From assembly GCA_020718965.1 (NCBI GenBank), contig DYRE01000001.1, positions 1-25,856 on the forward strand: a DNA stretch of 25,856 nucleotides, given 5' to 3'. The stretch is from Desulfomonile tiedjei. Its GTDB lineage: Bacteria; Desulfobacterota; Desulfomonilia; Desulfomonilales; Desulfomonilaceae. Below are positions 8,537-17,996 of the stretch, one piece after another (within the stretch, counting starts at the first letter, position 1; every line of letters starts with the position of its first letter). The notes under the pieces were generated by a model. That model saw nothing but the letters and a program-made list of their open reading frames with translations. It searched no databases and was not told the DNA's origin. A program made the position numbers and the translations under genes.

Positions 8537-9313
8537 TCAAAAAAGTTTTTCTAACGTTGCAATGCTCTCGATTATGTATCCTGGTGAAAAAGCATATCTC
8601 GAAATGTCCTCCAGAGATGTTGCTCCGGTAAGCACAAGAACTGAAAACATTCCCGCTCTGATCGCAAATTCTACATCTGTATCCATACGGTCTCCCACTA
8701 CAAGGCATTCCTGACTGTTAATTCCCAACCGTTCCAAAGCAATGTCAGCCATGTCGGTCGAAGGTTTCCCAAAAACACGGTCGGGTTCTTTACCCGCCGC
8801 TGTAGCTATCGCTGATACGACGCTACCGGCGCCTGGGCTGAGTCCATCGGCTTCCGGGTAAGTAGGATCCAGATTCGTTGCCCAGAACAGAGCTCCTCTT
8901 TGAATCGCTTTGTGGGCTAGTTTCATTTTCTCATAAGTGAATTCTCTGTCAAGCCCTACCACTACTATTTGAGCGTCCAGATAGCTGTCAGAAATTTTGG
9001 CTCCCGCTAACTGCACACCCCGTTTCAGTTCTTGGGATCCAACCACCATGATAGGAGCCCCTAGCAAGTTCTTCCGAATCTCCCGGACAAGAGCTGAAGC
9101 CGAGTTTATGACCTGATGCGTTGAGACTGGCAACCCCAGATTTGTAATTTTCTGAGCCAGATCTTCCGCCATAGAAGTTGCGTTATTCGATAGGAACAAC
9201 CACTGAACGCCCAAATTGGCAAGTCTTCGATAGACTGTTTCAGCTCCTGATATTAACACGGAACCTCTGTAGAGTGTCCCATCGAGGTCCGCCAAGATCG
9301 CCTTATATTTCAT
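8537..9313 (-). CDS. HAD-superfamily subfamily IIA hydrolase (NagD-like)
   Basis: DLDGTLY motif I, SNNA, ATNLDP, FGKPS, VGDRMDTD, VLTG. Confidence 0.93.
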   Translation of the reverse strand: MKYKAILADLDGTLYRGSVLISGAETVYRRLANLGVQWLFLSNNATSMAEDLAQKITNLGLPVSTHQVINSASALVREIRKNLLGAPIMVVGSQELKRGVQLAGAKISDSYLDAQIVVVGLDREFTYEKMKLAHKAIQRGALFWATNLDPTYPEADGLSPGAGSVVSAIATAAGKEPDRVFGKPSTDMADIALERLGINSQECLVVGDRMDTDVEFAIRAGMFSVLVLTGATSLEDISRYAFSPGYIIESIATLEKLF

Positions 9314-11052
9314 TCTGTAGCATTAACCCCCGGTTCCCGGCTAAGTATTAAATTCCCTTCACGCTGCCGAGAACCCACTAGATCAAGGTTTTTCCTGGCG
9401 TCGACAAAATACGGCGAGAAGTCGAGGGCCGTTTCAAAATCAGCCTTCGCTGCTGAAAAGTTCCCGACTTTGAAATAAAAGAAACCTCGATTGTTTAAAA
9501 CCAGGGGGTCTGTGGGGGCCAAAGAGACGGATTTTTCAAAATCATGAATGGCATTTTCATGGTCTCCCAAAAAAAATCTCGCAACGCCTCTCATGCTTAA
9601 AGATCTCGCCTGCTCCGGTTTCAGTTTTAGGATTCGGTCAAGTTCTTTGGATGCCTTCTCAAATTCAGCCGTTCGGAGATAAATCAACGCTTTGTTGTAG
9701 ATTACCCTCGGATCGTCAGGCAGAGCTTCCAAAGCTCGGTCAACATCGACTTCCGCTGCGTTGTACATTCGTCGTTGGTACTGAACTTCACTCCTCAATG
9801 TATATATTTCAACGTCCGCCGGGTCAATCTCACAGGCTGTGGTTAAATCATTTACCGCCCTTACGTATTCTTTGAGTTTGATGAGAACCTTTGCTCGTTC
9901 CTTATAAGCTTCCACCAGTTTTGCGTCGAGTTCTATCGCTGAGTTGAAATTGGCCAATGAATCATCAAGATTCCCCTCCCGGCTGTTGAGCGCCCCTCTT
10001 AATAATCTTGCCTCAGCATTGTTGGGCCATTTTCTGTCAACCTGTCCGAGGATAGACTTCACGTCCTTCCAATTTCTCAAAAGAATGTGCGCTCTGGCCG
10101 ATAGTAGCGACGTCTCTATATCATCCTGACTATCGTGAAATTTAGATAATAATTCAAGGGCCTTCTCTGGTTGGTTGATCTTTAAATATATTATGACCCT
10201 CTTCCTTCGCAATTTCTCGTCATCAGGGCGGAGAACCTCCGCTTTGGTATAATCGGCCAAGGCTGCCGGATAATTTCCCATTTTAGAATAGACATCTGCC
10301 CTGAGAATGAAGCCATCAGCCCTTTCCGGGTGGAGATTTGTAAGAATATCCAAATCTTCTAGGGCTTTCCTTGGCTTACCTTCTTTCAAGAATACGTTGG
10401 CTCTGGCTTCCAGTGCGGGGAAAAAACCGGGATCGTAGAGCAAAGCTCGAGTATATTCGTCCTCTGCTTTAAAATACGCCCCAGTTCTTTCATATACCAT
10501 GCCCTTCAATGTATATGCCCTAGCAGTTCCCGGTCTGGTAAGCAGGAAATTCTCCAATGCCAGGGAAGCCTGATCCAGTTGGTCGACCATGATCAAACAT
10601 TCTGACTTTTCGATCAATACATCATGAAGTCGTTTAGTGTGACTCATCGCAATGTCTAAATCTTCCAGCGCCCGGAAGTAATCCTTGATTTCTTTAAAGG
10701 CAAGGGCTCGCTGAAAATACAAAGAGCCTAGTTTTTGAGGCGTTAATCCCTTTTCCTGAAGAAGTTGATCGAGTAATTCAATCCTCTTGGAGGGATCCTC
10801 ATGTTCCGCGCTCCCAAGATTCTTCTTTGATTCCCCAAGTGCAAAATTCTCGAAAGGAAACCAGTTCAGAAATAAAATCGTAACGATGGCCACAGTCAGT
10901 CGAATGGAATTAATGTATTTCCGCCTGTTGCATCTCCATTCCACGGTTATAAATATTTGGCGCAACACGTCCAGGTCTTTCCAAGAGAACTCCAACAGGC
11001 GGAGTTTATTGTGTGGTATTACTTTTTCCTGAACAATCAGGGCCTTTGGCAA
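9310..11052 (-). CDS. Multi-TPR repeat protein with an N-terminal hydrophobic signal/anchor segment
   Basis: Repeated TPR-like helices (e.g. ARAYTLKGMVYERTGAYFKAEDEYTRALLYDP; PLVLNNRGFFYFKVGNFSAAKADFETALDFSP). Hydrophobic IRLTVAIVTILFLNWF segment. Real start is uncertain (TTG 11052 or GTG 10944). Stop overlaps the HAD start (ATGA). Confidence 0.88.
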   Translation of the reverse strand: MPKALIVQEKVIPHNKLRLLEFSWKDLDVLRQIFITVEWRCNRRKYINSIRLTVAIVTILFLNWFPFENFALGESKKNLGSAEHEDPSKRIELLDQLLQEKGLTPQKLGSLYFQRALAFKEIKDYFRALEDLDIAMSHTKRLHDVLIEKSECLIMVDQLDQASLALENFLLTRPGTARAYTLKGMVYERTGAYFKAEDEYTRALLYDPGFFPALEARANVFLKEGKPRKALEDLDILTNLHPERADGFILRADVYSKMGNYPAALADYTKAEVLRPDDEKLRRKRVIIYLKINQPEKALELLSKFHDSQDDIETSLLSARAHILLRNWKDVKSILGQVDRKWPNNAEARLLRGALNSREGNLDDSLANFNSAIELDAKLVEAYKERAKVLIKLKEYVRAVNDLTTACEIDPADVEIYTLRSEVQYQRRMYNAAEVDVDRALEALPDDPRVIYNKALIYLRTAEFEKASKELDRILKLKPEQARSLSMRGVARFFLGDHENAIHDFEKSVSLAPTDPLVLNNRGFFYFKVGNFSAAKADFETALDFSPYFVDARKNLDLVGSRQREGNLILSREPGVNATE

Positions 11053-11085
11053 AGATTGAATTTAGAATCTTCATCGCCAGACTTC

Positions 11086-11394
11086 TCAAGTTAACTTGAT
11101 TTTGATCTCCTTGACTAGCGCCTCTAGAATCTGGTCAAACTGGTGTCGCATCGTGATCATGTTTTGCCTCATCTCCAGGATTACTTCAACCCCTGGCAGA
11201 TTCACCTCAAGGTCATTTACCAGATTTGAAATGATCCTGATCCGTTCGATCTGATCCAAATAATAAATCTTTTCCTGGCAACATTCCACGATAGCGCACT
11301 TGATGAGTTCTTCTCGTTCCAATTCATCAAGGAAACTTTCCTGAACCCCGAAGATTTCAATCACCTGCTGCTTACGGTAGTAATTTTCGTCCAT
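11086..11394 (-). CDS. cbpM: Chaperone modulator CbpM / MerR-like helix-turn-helix protein
   Basis: 102 aa. ERIRIISNLVNDLEVNLPGVEVILEMRQ matches the CbpM/HspR pattern. Directly downstream of a J-domain gene. Confidence 0.8.
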   Translation of the reverse strand: MDENYYRKQQVIEIFGVQESFLDELEREELIKCAIVECCQEKIYYLDQIERIRIISNLVNDLEVNLPGVEVILEMRQNMITMRHQFDQILEALVKEIKIKLT

Positions 11395-11486
11395 GTTTTA
11401 ATCTCGAATTTTGTGATCTTTTGTTCCAAGCACGTCACGATTGTCTAACCTTGGAAAATCGGCCGGCTCAGGTTGATAAAACATTA

Positions 11487-12641
11487 TCAGAGCTTAATAG
11501 ATTTACGGATATCACCCTTATAAAAACGGTCGAGGGTTCGAGCTGCGGCGACTACTTCTTCAGCGTCGGTTTCCGGAACCTGAATTCGAATGGTTACGTA
11601 CATATCACCTGGCGCCTTGGTCTTCAGGTTGGGAACTCCTTTGCCTTTGAGTCTAAAACGCTGGCCCCCTCTTGTTCCTTTGGGAATTTTAAGCTGCACC
11701 GTTCCAGTAGGTGTGTCCACGGGAATATCCGCCCCATTTATTGCTTCGCTAACGGTCACCGGTAGCTCTACTCTGAGAGAATCTCCATCTCTCTTGTAAA
11801 AAGGATGGGTCGACACGCGCGTTATGATATATAAATCACCAGGGGGGCCGCCATTGGTTCCTGGTGATCCTTTACCAGCAAGTCTAATTTTTGATCCATC
11901 CTTTACACCGGCTGGAATGGTAACATCTATTGTTTCAGTAGAAGACTTGAATCCAGACCCTCCACATTCTTTGCAGACTTCCCCCGCCCTACCAGTTCCG
12001 CCGCAGTCTGGGCATGTTCTGCTGAATTGTAACGGTCCCTGGGCCACTCCAGTTTGTCCGGTTCCCTTGCAAGTGCGGCATACGTCTCCACTGACCGGGC
12101 TGATTCGTCCGGAGCCACCGCAGGCCGGACACGGCTTGCTGGTTTGCATAGTCACTCTTCTTGATCCCCCGTGGATAGCTGTGCTGAAATCCAGATCTAG
12201 AGTGGATTCCGCGTCCCTACCCTTTGCAGGACTTTTAGAGCTTTGAGTTCCTCCGAAAAGATCGGAGAAGACGTCTTCAAAGCCCGAATATCGGAAGCCT
12301 CCGGTATCATAAGCAGTGTCACCTCCAAACCCTGCTGCAAAGCCCCTTGCTCCAGATTGACCGGTTTGCCGTGTCCAATTTTTGTATTGTCTAGCCTGTT
12401 CAGGGTCGAAACCGGTCCTGAGGCCTTCCTCACCAAACTCATCATAGATTTTTCTCTTTTCAGGGTTGGACAATGCCTCGTGAGCTTGGGATATAATCTT
12501 GAATTTCTCTTCGGCTTGTTTGTCGCCCGGATTAATGTCAGGATGATACTTTCTCGCAAGTTTCCTGTAAGCTTTCTTTATATCCCCTTCCGAAGCGTCT
12601 TTCTTGACGCCCAAAACCGAATAATAATCGCTATCAGCCAT
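11487..12641 (-). CDS. dnaJ: DnaJ-family co-chaperone with zinc-finger region
   Basis: J domain (DYYSVLGV...YHPDINP), G/F-rich linker, four CxxCxGxG repeats, C-terminal substrate-binding domain ([17 protein letters not shown]; RLKGKGVP). Confidence 0.93.
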   Translation of the reverse strand: MADSDYYSVLGVKKDASEGDIKKAYRKLARKYHPDINPGDKQAEEKFKIISQAHEALSNPEKRKIYDEFGEEGLRTGFDPEQARQYKNWTRQTGQSGARGFAAGFGGDTAYDTGGFRYSGFEDVFSDLFGGTQSSKSPAKGRDAESTLDLDFSTAIHGGSRRVTMQTSKPCPACGGSGRISPVSGDVCRTCKGTGQTGVAQGPLQFSRTCPDCGGTGRAGEVCKECGGSGFKSSTETIDVTIPAGVKDGSKIRLAGKGSPGTNGGPPGDLYIITRVSTHPFYKRDGDSLRVELPVTVSEAINGADIPVDTPTGTVQLKIPKGTRGGQRFRLKGKGVPNLKTKAPGDMYVTIRIQVPETDAEEVVAAARTLDRFYKGDIRKSIKL

Positions 12642-12890
12642 TTTTAATACCTGTTGTCAGTAAGGAGTGACTCGATACAAAACACCCGCTTAATTGTAAT
12701 TGATAAATCGGCAGAGACCATTGCGCGATAATTATTAATAGTTTGCCACATTTGTTGTCGTGTCAAATAATTAATTATGGACAATTGTTTGTCAAGCTCG
12801 GCTCTAAAAAATATCACTCCAAAGAGTCTTGCCAAGGCATGATTCTAATTCTAATATTGGGGGAAATTCAACCATAGGGTATATCGAAAC

Positions 12891-13760
12891 ATGATAATTG
12901 ACTGTCACATCCATCTGCTGCCTCGTCAGGTCAAGGTCGACCGGACAGAATTCGTTATCAAAGATAAAGCTTTTGGTTCGCTGTTTTCATCTGCCAAGGC
13001 CAAGGTTGTTTCTCCTGAGGAAATAATCAATTATCTTGATGGCTCAGGAATTGACAAAGCGATCGTATTCGGTTTCCCCTGGGCAGACTATGAAATCGCC
13101 TCTAAAAATAACGATGAGATATGGGATTTTTACGAAAGATATCCTGATAGGATCGTCCCCTTTGCCACGTTCTCAGTATTACAGCCTGAATTGGCTTACA
13201 AAGAATCCAGTCGGACTCTTTCCGGAGGATTTGCAGGTCTTGGAGAATTGGCTATGTACAGAAACGGATGGGGCGCCGCTGACTTTCAAGCCTTGAGGCC
13301 ATGTCTCGATTTAGCCCAGCATCATGGTGTTCCAGTCATGATTCATGTAAATGAACCAGTTGGGCACGATTATCCCGGCAAGGTCTTTGTGGACATCAAA
13401 GCTCTTTTTGAGACCATCTCTGATTTTCAGGACATAGATTTTATTTTGGCGCATTTTGGCGGAGGTTTTTTCATTTACTCTCTCATGCCAGAAATAGGTC
13501 CTAAAATGAAAAGAGTTTACGTAGACACTGCAGCGGCTCCTTTTCTTTATGACAACCGGATATTTTCCCTCGCGGTTCAATCCTTGGGCGAGGACAAAGT
13601 GCTCCTGGGAACTGATTTCCCTTTACTGGGGATTAGTCGGTATGAGCGAATGCTGGATCAGGCCAATATTCAAGGAGAGCTAAGGGCCAAAATATTGGGT
13701 GGTAATGTTCAGACGATACTTAATCGAAGACATTTACAAAAAATCAATGATGCGATTTGA
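12891..13760 (+). CDS. Amidohydrolase family 2 metal-dependent hydrolase
   Basis: IIDCHIH, GLGEL, MIHVNE, ILAHFGG, YVDTAA, LLGTDFP metal-ligand motifs. Confidence 0.88.
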   Translation: MIIDCHIHLLPRQVKVDRTEFVIKDKAFGSLFSSAKAKVVSPEEIINYLDGSGIDKAIVFGFPWADYEIASKNNDEIWDFYERYPDRIVPFATFSVLQPELAYKESSRTLSGGFAGLGELAMYRNGWGAADFQALRPCLDLAQHHGVPVMIHVNEPVGHDYPGKVFVDIKALFETISDFQDIDFILAHFGGGFFIYSLMPEIGPKMKRVYVDTAAAPFLYDNRIFSLAVQSLGEDKVLLGTDFPLLGISRYERMLDQANIQGELRAKILGGNVQTILNRRHLQKINDAI

Positions 13761-13797
13761 CCAATCCTAGGCTTTTGCTGGCCGACGGTTGTGATTG

Positions 13798-14616
13798 TTA
13801 TGGCATTTCATGATCTTCAACGTTGTCACTTCTCCAGATGACTTTGACCTTGGCCCCCTCCCCTATGCCAAATCTATTGAATGCCGAGGCTTTGTTTATA
13901 GCTATCTCCAGGAAGCCAGAGCTGTTAATTAGGGCGACTGGATCGTAATCAGGGACATTCTGGTAGGTCTTGCGCAATGTCTTGATACTCAATGAACCCA
14001 TATCAATTTTCTCAATAGGTTTTGTGAGCATCTCGGATCTGATATTGACCCACAGGTTGCCGAATCTGTCGACGTATATGACTTTCCCTTTCAGGCCGTA
14101 ATCAGTTGAGACAACTTCAGGAAAAGGAAGAATCGTTGGGTCATCAACAATTGGTCCAATGTCTTGAAAACGGCTACCTTTTGACAGATATGCGGCGACA
14201 GGAGCAAATATGTCTCTTCCGTGAAAGGTTGGATGTGGCAAGGGTTTAAAATATGAAGGATTTGTGACTTCTCTTACATGAAAAGTTGAGCCATCCATGT
14301 AGAACGGTGTGAAAACTCCATTGTCAGGTCCAACGAATAAATGGCCCTTATATGTGACTACTATGCAGCGTCTATCGGAACCAACTCCTGGGTCCACTAC
14401 GACCACATGGACAGTTTTTTCAGGATAATATCCAAAGAACCCGCTTACGACCAGAGCCGCTTCCTTTGATGAGAAAGGCTCTATGTCATGGGTGGCGTCA
14501 ATAATTCGCGCATCCGGATTTATGGAGAGGATAACGCCCTTCATCTGCGCCACATATCCGTCCTTTGTGCCAAAATCGGTGGTTAGTGTTATGACTTGAG
14601 ACAAATTGAACTCCAA
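13798..14616 (-). CDS. DUF62 family SAM hydroxide adenosyltransferase (SAM hydrolase)
   Basis: ITLTTDFG, VVDPGVGSDRR, VGPDNGVF, TFHGRDIFAP, YVDRFGNL. Carries the Asp-Arg-His triad typical of hydrolases rather than halogenases. Confidence 0.9.
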   Translation of the reverse strand: MEFNLSQVITLTTDFGTKDGYVAQMKGVILSINPDARIIDATHDIEPFSSKEAALVVSGFFGYYPEKTVHVVVVDPGVGSDRRCIVVTYKGHLFVGPDNGVFTPFYMDGSTFHVREVTNPSYFKPLPHPTFHGRDIFAPVAAYLSKGSRFQDIGPIVDDPTILPFPEVVSTDYGLKGKVIYVDRFGNLWVNIRSEMLTKPIEKIDMGSLSIKTLRKTYQNVPDYDPVALINSSGFLEIAINKASAFNRFGIGEGAKVKVIWRSDNVEDHEMP

Positions 14617-14751
14617 ATACAGTTGCGATTCGTTTGACTAATATCACAGTTTTGGGGGAATATATGGCAAATGTGACAAATTTACTTGGATCAGGTTCAA
14701 TAGGGCATTCGGCGATGGCGCAAGCCAAATTCAGACCGGCGCCAGCGACGA

Positions 14752-15576
14752 ATGAGGCTGAAAATCCTCAAGGGTATTCAGGAGCAAGTCTTGATGTGGC
14801 ATGAGACGTTATCCCTGATTCTCAATTCAGTTTCCTCCGCTTTTATACCCGATCTCTGCCTGCTTTGCGGTTCTGAAAATCTGACGGGCTCCACCTCTGT
14901 TTGTAACGAATGCCGAACTTCTTTGAGATGGGTGACGCCTCCGATATGTGAGGTCTGTGGCAAGCCTCTTACGAAGTTGGAAGATGAGAATTCAACTGTA
15001 TGTGGAGCCTGTCTTTCAAGTCCACCGGCTTACGACATGGCCAGATATGGTCTATATTATGAAAAATCAGTGCGCGCTGCGATAACACGATTCAAATTCA
15101 ACGCGTTTCTCTACAGTTCCAGACCTCTTGCAGAGTTCTTAATTGAAGCTTTCGATAGATATTATGTCGATGGAAATTTTGATGTGATTCTTCCTGTTCC
15201 TGTTCACAAAAGGCGTTTGATGACCCGCGGATTTAACCAGGCCGTCATATTATCCCGGAAACTTTCGAAGGCAACAGGAATTCCTCTCGACAGAACGAGT
15301 TTGATTAAGACTAGAAACACGGAGCCTCAAGCCAGGCTGTCGCGTTCCCAACGGCTTTCAAACCTCACCAACGCATTTCAAGTAAAAAACGGAAATTCAA
15401 TGTCCCAAAAGAGGGTTCTTCTCGTGGACGATGTTTCTACGACTGGAGCGACAATAACTGAAGTTGCAAAAGTGTTACAAACCGCCGGCGCCAATTATGT
15501 GGGAGCACTCATTCTTGCCCTCAGGACGCGGGATGGATCTATCAACCCCAAACAAGAGGATATTGTGTATTCTTGA
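14752..15576 (+). CDS. comF: ComF family protein (double zinc ribbon plus phosphoribosyltransferase-like domain)
   Basis: CLLC, CNEC, CEVC, CGAC; PVPVHKRRLMTRGFNQA; RLSNLTNAF; LLVDDVSTTGAT. Start may be ATG 14794. Confidence 0.9.
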   Translation: MRLKILKGIQEQVLMWHETLSLILNSVSSAFIPDLCLLCGSENLTGSTSVCNECRTSLRWVTPPICEVCGKPLTKLEDENSTVCGACLSSPPAYDMARYGLYYEKSVRAAITRFKFNAFLYSSRPLAEFLIEAFDRYYVDGNFDVILPVPVHKRRLMTRGFNQAVILSRKLSKATGIPLDRTSLIKTRNTEPQARLSRSQRLSNLTNAFQVKNGNSMSQKRVLLVDDVSTTGATITEVAKVLQTAGANYVGALILALRTRDGSINPKQEDIVYS

Positions 15577-15662
15577 TTGGAGTCATATTCTTGCTTTTTG
15601 GGCCTTATCGTTTCTGTTTAGAACAATTTCATGGATTGCCAAAATATTAGGAGAATTAAATC

Positions 15663-17123
15663 ATGGCGCTAAAAACACCAGAAGAATTTGAAGCAAGTCT
15701 AAAAAAAAGAACACCCAGGGTATTTATGAACGGGAAACGAGTTGAAAACGTTCTTGAGAACCCTAACACTCGGACAGTTTTCGAGTCTAACAAAGCCAGC
15801 TACGCATGGGCGCTGGATCCGGAATATTCAAAGATAATGACCTGCTATTCGCCTCTCATAAATGACACAGTCAACCGTTACACTCACGTTAGTTCAAGTG
15901 TTGAAGATCTGGTGGCCAAAGCTGAAGCTGGAACTTTCACAGCCGAAAATTTGGGTACGTGTATATACAGATGCGCAGGATATGACGCATTTCACTCTTT
16001 GGCGTCAACAACATGGGAAATGGACCGTGATTTGGGCACACAGTATCATCCCAGATTCCTGGATTATCTCAAAATGGTCCAGAGCGAAGATCTGTCCGTA
16101 GCCGGGGCATTGACGGAGCCGAGAGGTCACCGCATGAAAAGAGCCATCGATTGGCCTGACCCTTACCTGGCATTGAAAGTGGTTGAAAAGAATTCAGAGG
16201 GCATTGTCGTTAGAGGCGCCAAGATTAACATCAGCGGAGCCTACGCCAGTCACGAACTGGTTGTTCTTCCGCAGGGAACAAGGACTGAAGACGAGGCTGA
16301 TTACGCTGTAGCGTTTGCCGTTCCTTCAGACGCTGAGGGAATTACCTACGTGTGTCAGTATTCGCCATATTCCGCAGAGAGAGATTTGGCTGAGAGTCTG
16401 GAGGAACTTGGCAATCCCGTTTTTGGACAGCGCGAAACATCCATGGTTGTTTTTGACAATGTATTCGTACCTTGGGAAAGGGTTTTTCACTGTGGCGAAA
16501 CCCCATATTCCTGGAATCTTGTGTCCCGTTTTGCTCGCACACATCGGATGACGTGTGGAGGCACCTGTAAAGTTGGCTTCATGAATCAAATCATCGGGGC
16601 ATGCAAACTTATTCAGGAATACAAGGGACTCGAACAGGTTCCGCACATCAACGAAGAATTGACCGAGATGCTAGTGCTTCGGGAGACCGGAAGGGCCTGC
16701 GGGCTGGCAGCGGCTCGTTTGGGGACAGAAGATCCTGTCGGATCCGGAGTCTTCTTACCTGATGAATTGATGGGAAATGTCTCAAAGCTCAATATTTGCA
16801 ACGCCTTCTGGCGGGTTATGGCTCTGGCTGGTGATATCGGCGGTGGTCTTATTGTTACAATGCCATCTTTAAAAGAACTGAAAAATCCCGAAACACAGCG
16901 CTATGTTGAGGAGTTTTTCAGCTTTGGATCTGATAGCCCCACCGAAGATATTTTAAAGACGCACAAGTTGCTGCAAAACTGGACGGCCGGACAGCATGGT
17001 GTTGGAACATGGCATGGAGCCGGCCCGGTAATGGCCCAGAAGATTATGATAGAAAGAATCGCCGATTTCGAGCATGAGAAAAATCTCGTTAGAAAAGTCC
17101 TCAACCTGAAAGGAAATTCTTAA
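15663..17123 (+). CDS. 4-hydroxybutyryl-CoA dehydratase / 4-hydroxyphenylacetate 3-hydroxylase family FAD- and [4Fe-4S]-protein, non-canonical active site
   Basis: CIYRC, GALTEPRG, GIVVRGAK, VVFDNVFVPWERVF, HRMTCGGTCKVG, HGAG...AQKIMI. AGGAG RBS. Confidence 0.9.
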   Translation: MALKTPEEFEASLKKRTPRVFMNGKRVENVLENPNTRTVFESNKASYAWALDPEYSKIMTCYSPLINDTVNRYTHVSSSVEDLVAKAEAGTFTAENLGTCIYRCAGYDAFHSLASTTWEMDRDLGTQYHPRFLDYLKMVQSEDLSVAGALTEPRGHRMKRAIDWPDPYLALKVVEKNSEGIVVRGAKINISGAYASHELVVLPQGTRTEDEADYAVAFAVPSDAEGITYVCQYSPYSAERDLAESLEELGNPVFGQRETSMVVFDNVFVPWERVFHCGETPYSWNLVSRFARTHRMTCGGTCKVGFMNQIIGACKLIQEYKGLEQVPHINEELTEMLVLRETGRACGLAAARLGTEDPVGSGVFLPDELMGNVSKLNICNAFWRVMALAGDIGGGLIVTMPSLKELKNPETQRYVEEFFSFGSDSPTEDILKTHKLLQNWTAGQHGVGTWHGAGPVMAQKIMIERIADFEHEKNLVRKVLNLKGNS

Positions 17124-17162
17124 CAGCTTTAAACTACCCAAAAGAACTTTTTGGATTTACAG

Positions 17163-17954
17163 CTATTTTTCTGAACCCTGATTCATAGAAAAATGGTAAA
17201 CCGCGTCCAAAGCTTGGTATGGGCCAACCTGTGCCCCATATTGCGAGATAGGGTATCGTATGCCTCGCCGAAAAAGAGTGTCAAGATTCTTTAGTATCCT
17301 GCCGCAATCTTCGGGCGGAAGCCCTATCGCAAGCTCATCGTCAGACGCGTGGCCAAATCTTCTTTCACCATAACAGGGGATTGATAGAGCTGGTTCACGA
17401 TTTAGGAAACATCTACCTATGACATCTGAACATGATGTTTCCCCCACTGAGTAAAAAACGAGCCTTTTAAATTTGTCATACTGGATCGCATTTATCATCA
17501 GGGACATTTGCGCCGGATTTCCGTAAATGAGCGTAATGTCAGGCTCAAACGGATCGTATGCCAACGGAGCTAACATGAACGCTTTATACTTGCCGTATGG
17601 TATGCGTTGTATGATTGATTCGCAATAAGCAGCGTCCTCCTGCTTTTCCAACCAGACCTTGCTCCGCATTTCACCACTTGTTACAAACGGGTCAAGTTCA
17701 GACAAACCAAGGACAGATGCGCATCCCTGTGTGACAAGGTCGTCAGCGGTTCCTCCAATAGTCCAGTCAAAAGTTCTTACTATTGTTATCAATTGACAAA
17801 GGGAAAGCTTCTCTGTTGGACGTCTCAACCATTTGTTGGATTTGAGTTCTTCCTCGGTTTCCAATAACTTCAATCCTACGGGAAAAGACTTTAAACGCAA
17901 GAAACGTTCCATCCCCTTGGTCCATTCGGACCACTTGATCTTTTCATTTTCCAT
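17163..17954 (-). CDS. DUF169 family Cys-motif protein
   Basis: LRLKSFPVGLKL, LCQ, GCA..LG, PDITLIYGNPAQM, SCSD, SIPCYGERRFG, DELAIGLP. Confidence 0.85.
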   Translation of the reverse strand: MENEKIKWSEWTKGMERFLRLKSFPVGLKLLETEEELKSNKWLRRPTEKLSLCQLITIVRTFDWTIGGTADDLVTQGCASVLGLSELDPFVTSGEMRSKVWLEKQEDAAYCESIIQRIPYGKYKAFMLAPLAYDPFEPDITLIYGNPAQMSLMINAIQYDKFKRLVFYSVGETSCSDVIGRCFLNREPALSIPCYGERRFGHASDDELAIGLPPEDCGRILKNLDTLFRRGIRYPISQYGAQVGPYQALDAVYHFSMNQGSEK

Positions 17955-17996
17955 TTCTTTTTTCCTCTCAAACTAACGGAGGCCGGTTAACGAAGT

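Noticed and set aside
12644-12835. 63-aa ORF upstream of dnaJ
   Set aside because: No recognisable motif or RBS; runs through AT-rich promoter-like DNA.
13798-14616. Possible SAM-dependent chlorinase/fluorinase
   Set aside because: Retains the Asp (VDP), Arg (DRR) and His (FHGRD) triad of DUF62 SAM hydrolases; no halometabolite biosynthetic genes nearby.
15577-15600. Sigma54-like promoter upstream of the AbfD-like gene (TTGG...TTGC)
   Set aside because: GG-to-GC spacing is 12 nt instead of the required 10.
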